A DNA stretch of 64,000 bases from Amoebidium appalachense (lineage: Eukaryota; Protista; Ichthyosporea), in contig CAVNZM010000012.1 in assembly GCA_963693365.1 (NCBI GenBank), positions 2,356,001 to 2,420,000 on the forward strand. Reading direction: 5' to 3'. Shown one piece after another: positions 1 to 21,059 of this stretch. Position 1 is the stretch's first letter, and the number at the start of each line of letters is the position of its first letter. The notes beneath the pieces are model-generated. The model was not told the DNA's origin, searched no databases, and was given only the letters and a program-made list of their open reading frames with translations. Both the position numbers and the translations under genes were made by a program.

Positions 1-1082
1 CTTAGTGATGGGGTTCTTTTCCATAACCAAGCCGTTGGTGACGAGATTCCATCATCATCCACCAGTACCGATTCCTCTACTTCTGCAGAAGAGTCCACCA
101 CAACATCAACCGAATCCACCTCCAATTCTGAAAGTTCCACCTCAGCTGAAACGACAACAGCGGCTTCTACGGACACACAAACCACATCATCTTCAGAATC
201 TTCGGTATCATCTGTCTCGTCTTCGCAAACCACCACATCAACTAAGAGCACGGCGTCAATTAACAGCAGCGAAACTGGGTCAACGTCGGTCAGTTCATCG
301 CAAAGCTCAGTTAGCTCAGCCACTTCGACCACCACCACTACTTCACCATCCACCACGAAAACCACCACATCAACCAAAGCACCCACAACCACCACGAAGG
401 TAACCACCACCACCACCACCACAACAACAACAACAACACGCAAAACCACCACCCGCATTATTCTTCAGACCACTAAAGCAAATACATCGGCTTCTGCTAG
501 CTCGACGGCAGTTCCTCCCCCAACACCACCCACCATTGCGACACCAGCCGCTGAAGCAGCGTCAGCCAGTCTACCAGTCCCAACAACCAGCACACCGGTT
601 GACCAAGCTATTCCTCAGAACTTAGGCCTTTCTGGTCTTCAAGGAAACAGCGCAGGTGGTGGTTCATTTCAACCAGTTTCAAATCCCCAACCGAATAACG
701 CAGCACCCGCTCAATCTCAACCCCAAGGAGGGGCTGCCGGTGGGGCACCGGGTGGTGCAAATACCGGTCAGTTGGTTCCGCAAGGAAACGGAACGGGGCC
801 TGCGGCTGTAAGGTTGTTGTTTGCTACACCGCGTACGATTGGTGACGCCGGATCACCAAACATCACTGTGGTCATTCCCGATGGGCTGAAGTATTTGGGT
901 GTCTTCCCAGAAGGTGTGTTTGCTGCTACCTCCCCTTTACCCGTCCCCAGCACACACTACCACCACCACAATGCACTTTGAATATGCTACCCCCCCCCCC
1001 CCCCCCTCCACACACACACTCACACACACACACACACACACACACAGACCACCCCTCCCCTTCTTTACCTTCTTTTCTTTTC

Positions 1083-1119
<37 letters not shown>

Positions 1120-2237
1120 TTGGGGGGGGGGGGGGGGGGATGGGGGGGTTTGGGTCCCATGTGATATTCTTTTGACATATTTTCCACTCTGTCTCGAACG
1201 CTCTGATTCGTATCGGGAGAGCTTGATGTCTGCCCCCCCCCCCCCCCCCCCCTCCTCCTCCTCCTCCTCCTCCTCCCTCTCCCCCTTTCCCTTCCCGCGT
1301 CTCTCTCTGAACACCCTCTTGTCATGGACTAACCAGTCGTGGTTTTCTTCTTCAGCATACCTCGGCCCCGGCAAGCGGCTGCACAGCAACGTGGGGCAGA
1401 AGTTGGTTGGGGGCTGTGGGTTCAATCTTGAGATGCAGGGGGATGGCAATGTGGTGCTCTATAACGGTGAGGGCGTCACCCTGTGGGCATCGGCTACATG
1501 GGATGTCGGTGCCGGCCCGTACTTCCTCGAGGTGGGTGGAAACATCTAAAACATCCACACGTTCCGTTATCAACAGGCTCGCATACGTCCCCACACACAC
1601 ACCGCTCCCACCCGTGCATCCACCACCACACACACACACACACTTACAGGCAAAAGATCTAATAGGTGTTCATACCTCCAAGGCGCGCCAACCTGCCTGT
1701 CTCCTTGCTAGCATGAACACGCCTACAATCAATATCGACATGTAGAAGGTTTTTTATTGTTTTATTTGGGGGGGGGAGGGGGGGGGGTTCTATGTTTGCT
1801 TTTCCGAAACATTTTGAGCATATCCCATGCAAAAAAAGAACTGCTGTCCAGACTGAGTGTCACCTTTCCCTTCCCTTTTGAAACTCGTCTATACACACAT
1901 TTCCCAACAATTCATATCACACGGCACAGAGCCCATCACTTTCCCCCAACCACTCATTCTCTTGTTGTTTTTCCATCCATCAAAATTGTATCCTGACGCT
2001 AATTTCTCACAACAGATGCGAGACACCGGTAATCTGGAGCTGTACGATAAACGAGGACGCAGGGGAGCGCATGGACCCATATGGGACACCAAGACTGGCG
2101 GTTCCCGAAACATCGCCATGATTGCTAACGATGGAAATTTTGTGATTGTGAACCAGGAATTCCGTGTGCTGTGGAGTACAAATCTTCTACCGGTTTATCA
2201 GTGCACATCGGATAGCATGTACAAATATTCACAATAG
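1..2237 (+). CDS. Ser/Thr-rich mucin-like protein with C-terminal bulb-type (GNA/B-type) lectin domain; 5' end lies outside the window
   Basis: Frame 1 is open from base 1 and is S/T-rich (STSTDSSTSAEESTTTST...TTTTTTTT). Exons <1-913, 1356-1531 and 2016-2237 join in phase at GT-AG sites, with a GACTAAC branch point at ~1327. The spliced domain ...LEMQGDGNVVLYN...LWASAT...MRDTGNLELYD...IWDTKT...IANDGNFVIVN...LWSTN has the QxDxNxVxY and W-S/T repeats of B-type lectins. Confidence 0.8.
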
Positions 2238-3140
2238 TTCAGATAGTTGGTTTATCTTTGAATGAGAATAGATGCATTAAATGGTATGTTTGCTCTCACT
2301 CTCTAGTATTAGAAAACATACAGCACGACACACGCGCACTTAGTCTAACACACGCACATTATGACGCTACAGAACACAGTGATCTTTGATGAGCGGGGAT
2401 GCCATCCGATACGAGTGAATCTCGCCCGGATATATAAAGTTGATATGACTGTGGCCTAGATGCAAGGAGTTGATGCCTGTCTGTTCTTTATGTTCTAGCA
2501 CCCAAACGAAGAGATGACTCGTGTAGGATTATAGTAATGATAAGTATAAGAGCTGAATAATTACCAGTTCAGCCTGTGGCTGGTGGTATGTGCTGGCCTG
2601 TGGACCAGCAAATAGAAAAAGATTAAATGGTTGACGGTGGGGCTGTCCACACCAAGATCAATGCACCCCTATCCGTGCAGGTCTATCTGTTCTCCTGCAG
2701 CCAATCAGAATGCCGTACTAGGAAACCCAATACTTCAACCTGACAGGTTACAGGAGAGGACAGCAAACCAACCAACGGCATTAGCACTTACCTGCATATC
2801 CCATTTCCATTGGCTGCCCAAAAGTCTTAGCACACCTTGCTACGGCCGCAAAGATGCTGAGACTGAGACTGACACACGGTGCCCATCTCCCGGTAGGGTC
2901 CAAGTTTTTTGATTGGCTGAGGTTTTGGCGCCCCGCTTACTTAAAGAATATGAAGAAGAGCTTTGTCGGGTGGGCGTTTGGTGGACAGCCCCATTCACGG
3001 TACTCACTGCGCTAAAACCTGTTGTCATCCGTTTCGCATAGGCTCATTTCCATCCAGATACCCAGGGTACGCGTAATTATCAAATGAGCCTCCGTTGGAG
3101 TTCAAAAGAAACATCTTTCAACTGAGCCGATTCCCTTCTT

Positions 3141-3179
<39 letters not shown>

Positions 3180-3789
3180 ACTCACCCACCCACCCATCCC
3201 CCCCCCCTCTCCCCCGAGCTCCCGGATCCTCTACCCTCTTTCCGAACAGAGGCTCCCAGCTTGTCTTCATAATCAGAGACCGTTTGTGGTATGATCATAT
3301 CCCGTTGTGGTTACCTACCTGACCCGTCTCATACACAGCATATATATTCGCCTCCCATCCTTTCCCCTCCCTCCCTCCCTCCCCCCCCCCCCCCCGCCCC
3401 CCGCCCCCCTCCCCGGCCCCACCCGGCGATTTTCATGGCCATTTGCATATTCCCCTGCAGCGGCGGCCGTAACGTTAACTTGAACAGAATGAAATGTGCA
3501 TACCCGAAGCAGGTGCTGCAGCAGTAGAGCTCAGCAGTAGACGGGTACTTGCTCCACCGATATCGGTATAAACGGTTTGAAAAGACTTGCTGGCCTGGAA
3601 TCCTGGTGCTTCTGACAGGCTAGCTGAATGTGTGTGTCTGTGTGCTCAGCGTCCCTGTATCGGCTCGTATGATACGCTTATCTGAGTTGCATGCATGCGT
3701 GTCCGTGCGTAGGTGCGTGCGTGTGCTCATTAGTGCTGAGTGCTGCGTGCTCGTAATGATGCGGTTGGGAATTAGGAGATAACCTGGTG

Positions 3790-3968
3790 TAGACTTGGAT
3801 CCCCCATCAAACATAGGAGCTCTAGCCCAGTACGCAAAAGTGATCTCACGGGGCGCGGTTCGTATAGCTGGGTAGCCTAGACTTGGGTCCCCCATCAACC
3901 ATAGGAGCTCTAGCCCAGTACGCAAAAGTGATCTCACGGGGCGTGGTTCGTATAGCTGGGTAGCCTAG
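3790..3968. repeat. Tandem duplication, 2 x ~88 bp
   Basis: TAGACTTGG.TCCCCCATCAA.CATAGGAGCTCTAGCCCAGTACGCAAAAGTGATCTCACGGGGCG.GGTTCGTATAGCTGGGTAGCC begins at 3790 and again at 3878. Confidence 0.9.
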
Positions 3969-4859
3969 GTAGACACCCAACCCGTGTATGTATACACATC
4001 CTCATGAATTTGAATATTGGGTAGCAACGGAATTTATTCGGGCTATGGGTATTTTGGGCGTCATTTTGAAACTGTGCGAACACCATCTACAATAATCACA
4101 ATATCACCCCCAGGGTAGAGCAACTTACAATCACTATATGAGCTACTGGGACAATCTCAGACAAAACACCACCCATTACATACTGTTTTATCTCCTTACG
4201 TGCATTTCAACCATATCAAGCAATCACAAACCTTATAACCTTCCATATCTAATAGTGGAAAGGTTTCAAAGAGCTTAATCACTGGTCCTACGTATACATG
4301 CTTTAGCCCCACTGTCAACTCTAAGCCATATGTTATTTGCTTATGTTCTGTCATCATTCATGTGCGTTCACTTGCTGCCAGCCAATCACTTTGTCCCTGC
4401 AGGCATAATCACAAACCCGTCCTTCCTGCTGTCCTGCCAACCCCAACACCACGTGGTTGGTTAATGTATTATTCTATGAAGGTCCACACACAGGCACCCG
4501 CACAGGCACAGGATGACCAACCCCCCCCCCCCCCCCCCCCCCCCCCCGCTCTCCCCTCCCTCCCCACCCAAAAAAGCGGGGAAAAATATCCTTCCCGTAT
4601 CCACCTTTGCAAGGCAACCGCAAGTCAATATTTAGCCTCATACCTGCCTGCCTGTCCAACTTTAAACACTCTGGGAATTATGGCCCACCCAACCATCATG
4701 TCCAGCCGGACCAAACACGCAAACAATTATAATCGCTTGCTCATTGGCAACCAACCACACACGCGCTCACACCGGGACCTCCCCCCCCCCCCCCCCCCCC
4801 TTCTCCCCCTCTCCCCCTCCCCCCTCCCTGCCATAGTATCCTCAAAAACAGACCTCTGT

Positions 4860-11471
<6,612 letters not shown>

Positions 11472-13946
11472 CTGTCAAGGGTCTTTTTATCACCTCAGTG
11501 TTCAGCACGCCAGAATAGGGTTGCCAGCCGTTTGGTCTCACATGCTCGCAATCCCCCCCCCCCCCCCCCCCCCCTTTCTCCTCCCAATGTCTTCATCCAG
11601 AACCTCTTCCATATAAGCTTTCCCCTCCCCCCCCCCACTCTCCCTCTCTCTCTCCTACCCCCCCCCCCCTCCCCCCTCCCCGTTCAATCCTGCCTTCAAC
11701 CAAACTTGTCCAAAAAACCTGCACGGTGTGCCGCTTGCTTCACAGTGCTCACTCAGTGTGAATAGGGAAACTAAGAAGAGGCTACTCAGGCATGTCGAGA
11801 GGTGTCGTGGTGCATGATTACTTAATATACTTTGCCTGTGTTTGACAAAAAGTATGTGTGTAGTCGTGCCTCGGTGCTTGCTGAATCAGAAACACGGTGG
11901 TTGATGAAAATTCGCTACTAAGGGTGCGAAACAATATCCTTGATAAGCTCTAAAGATACTGGAAATGAATCCGTGCAAACGAACACAAACTGATGCGGCC
12001 GAATAACTTCGAATTCTGGGTAGAGAGGGGTGAGAGCCATGCTTCTTTTGCCCTTCCCTCAATCAGCCTCAGAATATGTCTTCCTCAAGACTTGCCCCAC
12101 CCCCGTGCAATGGCCCTCTCCCACCCTTGTGTAAATTCGCCTCCACCCAGAACCCTCTTCAGGAACAGCCAACAAACATGTCTTCCAACCCCATCCCCTT
12201 ACCCCATCCTCTGCTCCTCGCCATCCCTGTCTTCATCCAACGTTGGACGACACTGGCCCTTTTCTTCCCAAACTTACACACACACGGGCCAGCTCAAGCG
12301 CCTCTTCAATTATATCAAACACCAACCCCAGCTATACCCAGCTTCCACACCCAACCACCCCTCCATTCGCCAGCTCTCTACACACGCAAAAGCACACTCA
12401 TTTCCTCCTAGTTCATATCTTATAGTAAAATAAAACTCCTTCCTCGTCCCCCTTCTCACTTCCTTCGCTGCTCTGCTGGCCGACACGAGACACACCACCT
12501 CCTCTTGCACCCTCCCTCCCTCCCTGCCTCCCTCCCTCCCTGCCTGTCCCCCTCCCCTCCCCCCTCCTCCTCCCACCCCCCACCCCCTCCCCCCCGCCCC
12601 ATCCCTCCCCTCCCCACCACCCCCTACTCCTTTTTAATACACACAATCAACCTGGCGGAGTGCATAGCATTGGCTTTCTAACTTTCACTGACGACCTGTG
12701 ATGGATGCTTCACGTGCAAGCACCTCAGTTTCGCAGACACAACTTGCTAGTAACATGACGTGCCCAAATCCTATTAAGTTTCCGTGTTCAGACTTCACTT
12801 GTGACGCAAAAACTTGCATACCTTTGGAAAACGAATGGCATCATCCGAGGAAGAAAGGCTGGTGTATGAAGAAAGCGGGGTGATGGAATGGGAGGAGAAT
12901 TTGCGGGAGCATCGGCTGACGCTTCTGCTGGAAACAGAATGAGCCTGAAGATTGCGAGCTTCAAGAGTGATCCCACTCTTACTTGTCTTGTCACGAGCCT
13001 TCATGATGAGTGCTTGCAAGCCAAGTATAATATCAAGATGCTTGTGAGGCTCCGCTTAGTTTTCAAGTTTGGGGGTGCGCGTTACTAAAACGGTTTCACT
13101 TCATGAAAAGCCCTCAGTTAGAAAACTTGCCGGCTTAAGTGAAGCTGGATGGCGCAAACAATCAGACAATTGAGCTCCATGAGTCTTATCCAATCATAGG
13201 TGAAGCAAAAGAAGATGGGCACTGGCAACATCCAGGCGTCTGACATCTGGTCTTCATGTTACTCTGCAACAAGTTAGACGTAGAAAAACAAGGTTGAATA
13301 GTTGAAAAAAATAAATATAAATATTTATTAATCATGATAAAAAAATACTTGAAAAAGAAATATTGTCTCTGTCAACAATAATCCTTTGATTTCGGAGGTA
13401 GGTTGCTGGCGGCACCATGATCACGAGAACTCACTGGTATCCTCCAAGAGCTATGAGGGTAGCTGAGCCGTTTGTAGCCGATTTCCTCCGAAAGCTTGGC
13501 TCACTGAGCCGGGCAGTGCCTTGCAGTACCACTTCATGAACCAACTCGGGAAACAAAAGTAAAGCATTCACTAATTTAAGATTACTTATATATTCTTGAT
13601 AATACATATATAGGAAAAATTTAACGCCATCATAGTTGTTGACCTTGGGCGTGTACACGTGTGTACTAGTAGGACAGTGCAAGGGCGTGCCAGCACGTGC
13701 ACGGTTCTCAAGTAGCTCTTCCCGAAATGCCCACGCATGCATAGAAAATTATGTACATTTAGACGCCGCGCGTGCCGGGAAAAAAAGCTCTGGCACTGAC
13801 CATGGCATCAAGCATGCAATTGCAATTGAAAAATTCTTTATTAGTGAGAAAACATAAATGCTATAGAAGCACGCATTCACAGCATTCACCAAAAACAAGT
13901 CACTTTTTTGTATGCGCATGTTGAATCTATTCTTGACCCAGTGCGT

Positions 13947-13988
13947 AGCCAATCAACAGTTACCAAGGGTGCGCATGCAACCAATCAA
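13947..13988 (+). promoter_or_regulatory. Two CCAAT boxes upstream of kynureninase
   Basis: AGCCAATCA at ~13948 and ACCAATCA at ~13980, about 200 bp upstream of the predicted ATG. The same motif occurs upstream of other genes in this window. Confidence 0.4.
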
Positions 13989-14179
13989 AATCTGGAAGCC
14001 ATTTTTGGCTATTTTATTTTCCATCTTTGGAAGGTACATGATGTCATGCCATGACTGTCCGAGGGTTCGGGTGCTCGGCACATTGATGTCACTCCTGCTT
14101 TGAACGAGTACAAAGTGATACTTTCGCTACATTTTGCGAGAGAAAAACTTCTTTATTTTCTAAGAGTTAACCACACACA

Positions 14180-15362
14180 ATGCCCAGCGTTGAGCCCACC
14201 ACCAACATGGATGCTTTCTGGCCTGCAGGCACTAACGGTAGACACCCAGAAACACCCTCGCTTGCTTTGCACGCATGTTGCTTAGTGGAAGGAATGGGCC
14301 AACTTAGGCCTCTCTTACGTGCCTGCACGCACACCAATGTAATTGGCCGTAGAGCACACAGGCCCCCATCTCCTACCACCCGTCAACGGAAACCGTAATT
14401 GATATCCTATCATCTAAGTCCAGTTTTTGAGCTCCTTTGTTATACTACATCTCATGTTCCCCCCTGCCCTTTTCCACAGAGCCCACGGAGGCTGAGCTTC
14501 CCGAGGTTCTGCAGCACCTTGCCAGCAAACACGGTGCCAAGTTGACTAGCCGTGAGCTGGCTGAGAAACTGGATGCTGCCGACCCCCTTGCAAAGTTCAA
14601 GGACCAATTTTACAATCCCACCTTGGGTTCTATGAAAGGAGGTAGGTGACGGTGGCATCACTATTGGCCAGAAGGAAAGGGTCGGGGGTGGGGGTGGTGT
14701 TGGGAAGCGGTTGGAATGAGGGGGGAGCGTGTGTGTGTGTGTGGGGGGGGGGGGGATTGGGGGGAGGGCGGGGGGGAGGGAGAGGAAGGCGACGGAAAAT
14801 GAACCTGGGGGATTCAACTAGCATGAACGAATACATGATCTACTCCGTGTCGTGAGGAAACTGGTTGTGGCCTGTGGGACAGGGGGACGAGGAGGGTTAG
14901 GGAGGGAGCACATAGTGTAGAGAAAGGAGATGGTGAGTAGACAGCCATCGTTTCTCAGGGCCCCTGCTTATGCTCTTTTGATGCTTCGTACATCGCTAAC
15001 TGGTGACCTACACCTGGGATAGCATCCCCTGAGTATATTGCCGAGCAGGGGGCTGATGCTGGCTCCATTTACTTCTGCGGCAACTCGTTGGGTATTCAGC
15101 CCAAGGTTACCGCTGTCCTTGTGGAGGAGGAGATGGCTAAGTGGCGTAATGTGTATGTGCCCCGCTCTCCCCCTCCCCTTCCGACCGCCCCACCCTCCCC
15201 CTTCCCTCCCCACCCCCCCTCCCGCCTCTCCAGCCTTACACACAAATACACACACACATTCACACTCACACCCACACTGTTCACCCTTTCCAGTGTGACA
15301 TCCCCCCCCCCCCCCCCCCCCCCCCCCCTTTCACACATTCGCACGTGCGCCTCCGCTCCTAA

Positions 15363-15405
<43 letters not shown>

Positions 15406-16421
15406 ACTAGACTCTTGTGACTGTTTGTATGCCGTCCGGTATGCAGGGACAGAGGTTGGCGAGGCACAGAGGCGAGCGGGGGGGGGGGGGGGGGGGGGGG
15501 GGGAGAGGGGGGGGGGGGGGGGGGGGCAGGGGCAGGTGCAAGGGAGTTATGCATTAGCGAGTCGTTTATTGTTATTTTTTTTTGTGTGTGTGTGTGTGGG
15601 GGGGGGGGGGGGAGGGGGGAGGGAGACGGAGGATGCGGTTATAGAAACGGCAGTTGAACACTCGGCCAAGACAACAAACAAACATCTCTAGTTGAGAGTG
15701 TTGGAAGCATGATTAATAATTTCCATACGGCGGGGTTGAGGTTTGTCTGCATGTGGTTGTGCGTGTTGGTGCTGCACACAGCATCAACAACACACACAAT
15801 CTTCTAGTACTTAAAGCACACACATCTAACGTTGCTGTGTGCATGCACAGGGGTGTGCAGGGTCATTTGTACGGGCCAAGGCCGTGGGTGCGCCTTGCAG
15901 ATACACTGTCGGAGGACATGGCACCGATTGTTGGTACGACCTCACGCACATTTGCCCCCCCCCCCCCCCCCCCCCCCTCCCCCCTGCGTGAATGTGAATG
16001 CGTACTTTGCACTCATCAACATATTCTAAACCCCCCCCCCCTTCCCTTCATGACTGTCCCATTCTGTGTAGCTGCTCTTATTCGAAACTCCCGTGCTTTC
16101 AGACGTGAAGGTGTTTAACACGTGCCTTAATGTTCTGCAAGCAAGCAAAAAAAAAAAGAAAGAAGGAAACGAAAAGAGAAAATAGTGTGATGTCATATAA
16201 TGGGAAAGGAAAATGTCTTCGGGTTGGTAATGCCTCCCGTTCTTAAGGTCCCTCTCTGAATGCTCACGACTCCCTCACCCCCCTCCTCCCCCGGTCAAAC
16301 CACCACAAAAGAATCCAAACAAATACATACCCCCCCCCCCCCCCCTATATATATATATATAATCACCATTTCTTGCTTGGCGAGCCATTAACTTACCTGT
16401 CGCCCTTGCACACACGCACAC

Positions 16422-16457
<36 letters not shown>

Positions 16458-17767
16458 CGCACACACAGGTGCCGAGACCAGTGAGGTAGTGGTGATGAAC
16501 ACGCTCACAGTCAACCTGCACATGATGATGTGTTCGTTTTACCGCCCCACCGCCGACAGATACAAGATCCTAATCGAGTCAAAGGCCTTCCCATCCGACC
16601 ACGTGAGTGCATAGCCACTGGCGAAACTCTCTCTCTCCCCCCCCCCCCCCCCCCCCCCTCCTTTTGGCTCCGGGTGTGTGTGTGTGGGGGGGGGGGGGGG
16701 GAGGGGGGGGGAGAGAGAGACACGGGGAGAGGCAATGCCTGTGTCTGAGCTTTGGTTTTTTCCTGATTCCTTGAGGAGAGGGAGGTTTTCTTGGGTTGGG
16801 GGGGGAAGGGGGGGGGGGGGGGGGGGGGGGGGGAATAATGAGAGAAACTGAGTTTGCCTCCCGTTGCAGTTACATGCTTGTGGATGCAGACGTACACCTC
16901 CATTCTCCCCAGCCCTACCTTCTACCCCTGGCATACACTTGCTAAAGCGCACCCCATCAGGCACATTAATTGGAAGGGTACATATTATAGCAGACACATG
17001 TGTAGTGATGTACCCCCCCCCCCCCCCCCCTCCCCCCCCCCCCCCTCTTGTGTACGTGCACATGGTGACACTCGTGTGTTTGCAGTATGCCGTTCTGTCA
17101 CAGGTTAAACTTCATGGCTATGACGAATCAGCAATGGTTATCGTAAGTACTTAATCCCCCCCCCCCCCCCCCCCCCCCACCCCCCCCCCCCCCACCCCAC
17201 ACCACCCACACTCCTCCCCCTACCCCCTAACCTCTCCCTCCCCCCTCCCCCCCCCCCCCCCCCCCCCCCGACCCTGTGTACACACGCGAACACTAATCCC
17301 TGGTTGGCAGATACCTTGCACATCCTCTATATCCTCAAATTAGCCTTAATTAACGAGCCTGTCTTAACCAGTTGACAGGTTGCACTGGTAGTCATTCGTA
17401 GGCCCTACACCACCCCAGCATTCTTTCCCCCCTTTTTTGTCATCCGCCAGCAGGATTACCCTTGCTTCTTTTTTTTTCTTCCCCAAACTCCCCATGAAGT
17501 TGATTTCCTTGCGCTACATTTTAATGTGGCAAGTCCGTCATGGGGTGATACTATTAATCTCTTGCTAATTACCTGCCTTACTCACAGGTTGACTCGGAGG
17601 CTGGCTCAGCTGCCGTATATGAGGCCCTAGAGAAGTACGGCAAGGAGGTGGGTGCAAGTTGCATGCAGTAGCACGTGTTCATTGTTTGGCGCCACCAGCA
17701 CGCACGTGCGTGATTGCTGTGGTGCGTGTGTTGTGTGTCTAGGTAGATGTGTGTTGTGCGTGGCTTT

Positions 17768-17805
<38 letters not shown>

Positions 17806-18235
17806 TGTGTGTGTGTGTGCTTGCGTAGGGTTGGGTGAGTGGGTGGGTGGGCGGCAGGGGGAGGGAGGGGGGAGGGGGGACGGGGGCTCCTCCCTTCTTC
17901 TTCCCCCCCTTTCTTTTGTGTGTGTGGGGGGGGGGGGGGGGATGGGCAGGGAGTAACATGTGAGTGTGCAGATTGCACTTGTGATGCTGCCGGGCATCCA
18001 CTACTACACCGGCCTAGTCTATGACATGGAGGGTATCACGGCAGAGGCACACAAGCACGTGAGTAGGCTTCCGTCCCCTTCACTCTTTTGCTTTTGTGAT
18101 CTTTTATATTCTTCTGCATCCCCCCCCCCCCCCCCTCCCCCCCCCTCTCCTCGCCCTGCCCCCTCTCCTCCTGTAGTCCGTTTCACTCAGTACCCTAGCC
18201 TAAAACGGATCTATAGGAAATCTCTTCCATCCCAG

Positions 18236-18272
<37 letters not shown>

Positions 18273-18446
18273 CTTCGCCCAAAAGCACCCACCCACCCCT
18301 CTCAAGCACACACACACACATACACACACACACACATGCACGCACGCACGTACCCCAATGGCACTCACCGCTACTCTTTCTTGCATTGCCAATCATTCCA
18401 CTCGATAGCCCAAACCCCATCCATGAGACCCCCCCTCCCCCTCCCT

Positions 18447-18482
<36 letters not shown>

Positions 18483-18866
18483 ACACACACACACATCACC
18501 ACCCTCCCCTGGCCTGCTGCATGGCACGAGTTTCTCCTTGACTGCTTCAGGCTTTTAGCACTCACACATTGTATTATCATTAACCCCCTCTCCTTCTATC
18601 TGTTCTGACTATTTGTGTTCGTTCCCTCTAGGGCTGTGTGATGGGTTGGGATTTGGCTCATGCTGCCGGCAACATCATTTTGAAGCTCCATGACTGGTGA
18701 ACCCCCCCCCCCCCCCCCCCCCCCCCCCCACACACACACACAAATACACACACACACAAAAAAAATAAAAAAATAAAAAATAAAAGAACTTTCCAACCCC
18801 TCTTGCTTCCCGTTTCCCCGCGGTTGAGTTATGTGCTTGTCGTGTCTTCAATTCCAAGTACCTCCC

Positions 18867-18921
<55 letters not shown>

Positions 18922-19686
18922 CTCCCTGCTCGCCCGTCCACCTCGCATCCGCTTGCTCCAACCGGTTCCCGGTTTTGTACAATGTATCACCCTCTTCAGT
19001 TTGGGTATGTAATGGAGTGATCATAATCTTTCTTTCTCTGTGTTTGCATCATGCCGTTTCTGGCTCTTGCACATATCCTGTTGACATTAAATTTATTCTC
19101 TGCTTTCTACGCACCGTATTCTCATCATTCCGTTTCTGCATTACACCCCCCGTTTATTCATGCCGTTTCTATTTTTGACTGACGCCACCTGCTGAGTTCC
19201 CTTTCTCCCTCATATCCACTCTGTTTTCATTATTACTGTTTCAGGTTTTCACATACACCATTTTTCATATCCACTCTCTTTTCATTATTACCGTGTCAGA
19301 TCTTTACATACACCATTTTTCACTGTTTCTTTTTCTGCCTCTTACACACATCTACTACACAGGGATGTAGACTTTGCCTGCTGGTGCACGTACAAGTACA
19401 TGAACACGGGCCCAGGCTGCATGGCCGGGGCCTTTGTGCACAAGAAGCACCACAGCAACCCCGAACTGCCCCGCCTGCTTGGCTGGTGGAGCCACGATGT
19501 GAGCTCTCGTTTCAAGATGGACAACAGTACATCCCCTTCCCCCCCCCCCCCCCCCCTCCTTTTATGGACGCCTCCCCTCCTCACCCACCAGAACACGTCC
19601 TTTTAGCCACCACCCACTACCATGTATTCGTGCACACTCCCCACACAGGCTCTGCTCTTGCTAGAAACACGTATGATGGCATGCCT

Positions 19687-19724
<38 letters not shown>

Positions 19725-19883
19725 CCCCCCCCCCCCCGTTTGGCGGGGATACCCCTGTTCAGCCAGTAAGACTTTTCTATGTTTCTGGTGTACCCCTGTC
19801 ACCGACTATGTATTGTTGAAGGAACCTCGTGCACACTCGATGCAGTTTGAGTTGCATGCTGCTGTACACACAACCAGCACTAT

Positions 19884-19938
<55 letters not shown>

Positions 19939-20119
19939 CCACCCTTTCCCCTCCCCCCACCTTACAAAGACCAAACATGCACATGCACATGCCCCTTTCT
20001 CACTGCCCCCAAACCCACCCACAAATGCATGCACACACGCAAGAACATTCACATATCCTCATTTCTTTCCACACACACTCTCACACTCATTCAAACACAT
20101 GTACAGGCACACGTGTGCG

Positions 20120-20156
<37 letters not shown>

Positions 20157-20724
20157 CCTCCTCCTCTCTCTGTGTCTCTCTCTTCCCCCTCCCCCTCCCC
20201 TCCCATACTCTCATCTTCATTTCCTTCCACAAGCACACATCCATAAACACACCACATAAGCCCACACACACTAACAACTCCCCCCCCCCCTCCTCCCCCC
20301 TCCTCCTCCTCCCCCTCCTCCTTTTTAACAAACACACACACACACACGCACAGAGTTTGTCCCCCAGGCGGGAACCCTTGCCTATGCCGTCAGCAATGCC
20401 CCAGTGATGGACTGTGTGTCTGTGCGGGGCAGTTTGGACGTGTTCAAGCAGACAAGCATGCAGCAGCTAAGGGCTAAGAGTGTCGTCCTGACGGGCTATC
20501 TCGAGGCACTGCTCCATGCACGCCTGCCTGAGGTAGGCCCATGCACGAGCAACTTAGAACCATTATAAGGTTTTTAAGGTGGCACAGTGGAGCAGATGGT
20601 GAGAAAATCAGGGGAAGAAGGGGGGACGGGGGGGGGGGGGGGGAGGGGGGGGGGAGAGGGGGGAGGGAATGAACGAGTGTAAGGGGAGGCTTCATTTTTT
20701 TTTTTATTTTTTTTTTTTTGGCGT

Positions 20725-20755
<31 letters not shown>

Positions 20756-21003
20756 GGGGGGGGGACGGGGGGGCAATAAAAATCAAAGCTGGGTGCCTAT
20801 GAATGACTGGAGAGGTGTAGGAAAGCGAAGAGAGAGAGAGGGATGGAATTGGTGAATGGGTGCTGGAGTCCCCGCCGGGGGGGGGGGGGGGGGGGGGGTT
20901 GCTCACGTGCATGTGTGCGACTGTGTATGTGTGTTTCAGGGGGGGGGGGGGGGGAGGGGGGATGTGTGGTGCAGATAGTGTCGGTACAGCGATTAACATT
21001 GAC

Positions 21004-21059
<56 letters not shown>

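Noticed and set aside
2600-4400. Possible extra minus-strand exons (near 4397-4373 and 3623-3503) extending the Ras-like gene
   Set aside because: The phases fit, but the peptides are low-information and I could not close the model to a stop codon. Left unannotated pending RNA data.
14229-14240. Possible GC-AG donor in KYNU exon 1
   Set aside because: A canonical GT donor in the same phase lies 9 nt downstream, so a non-canonical site is not needed.
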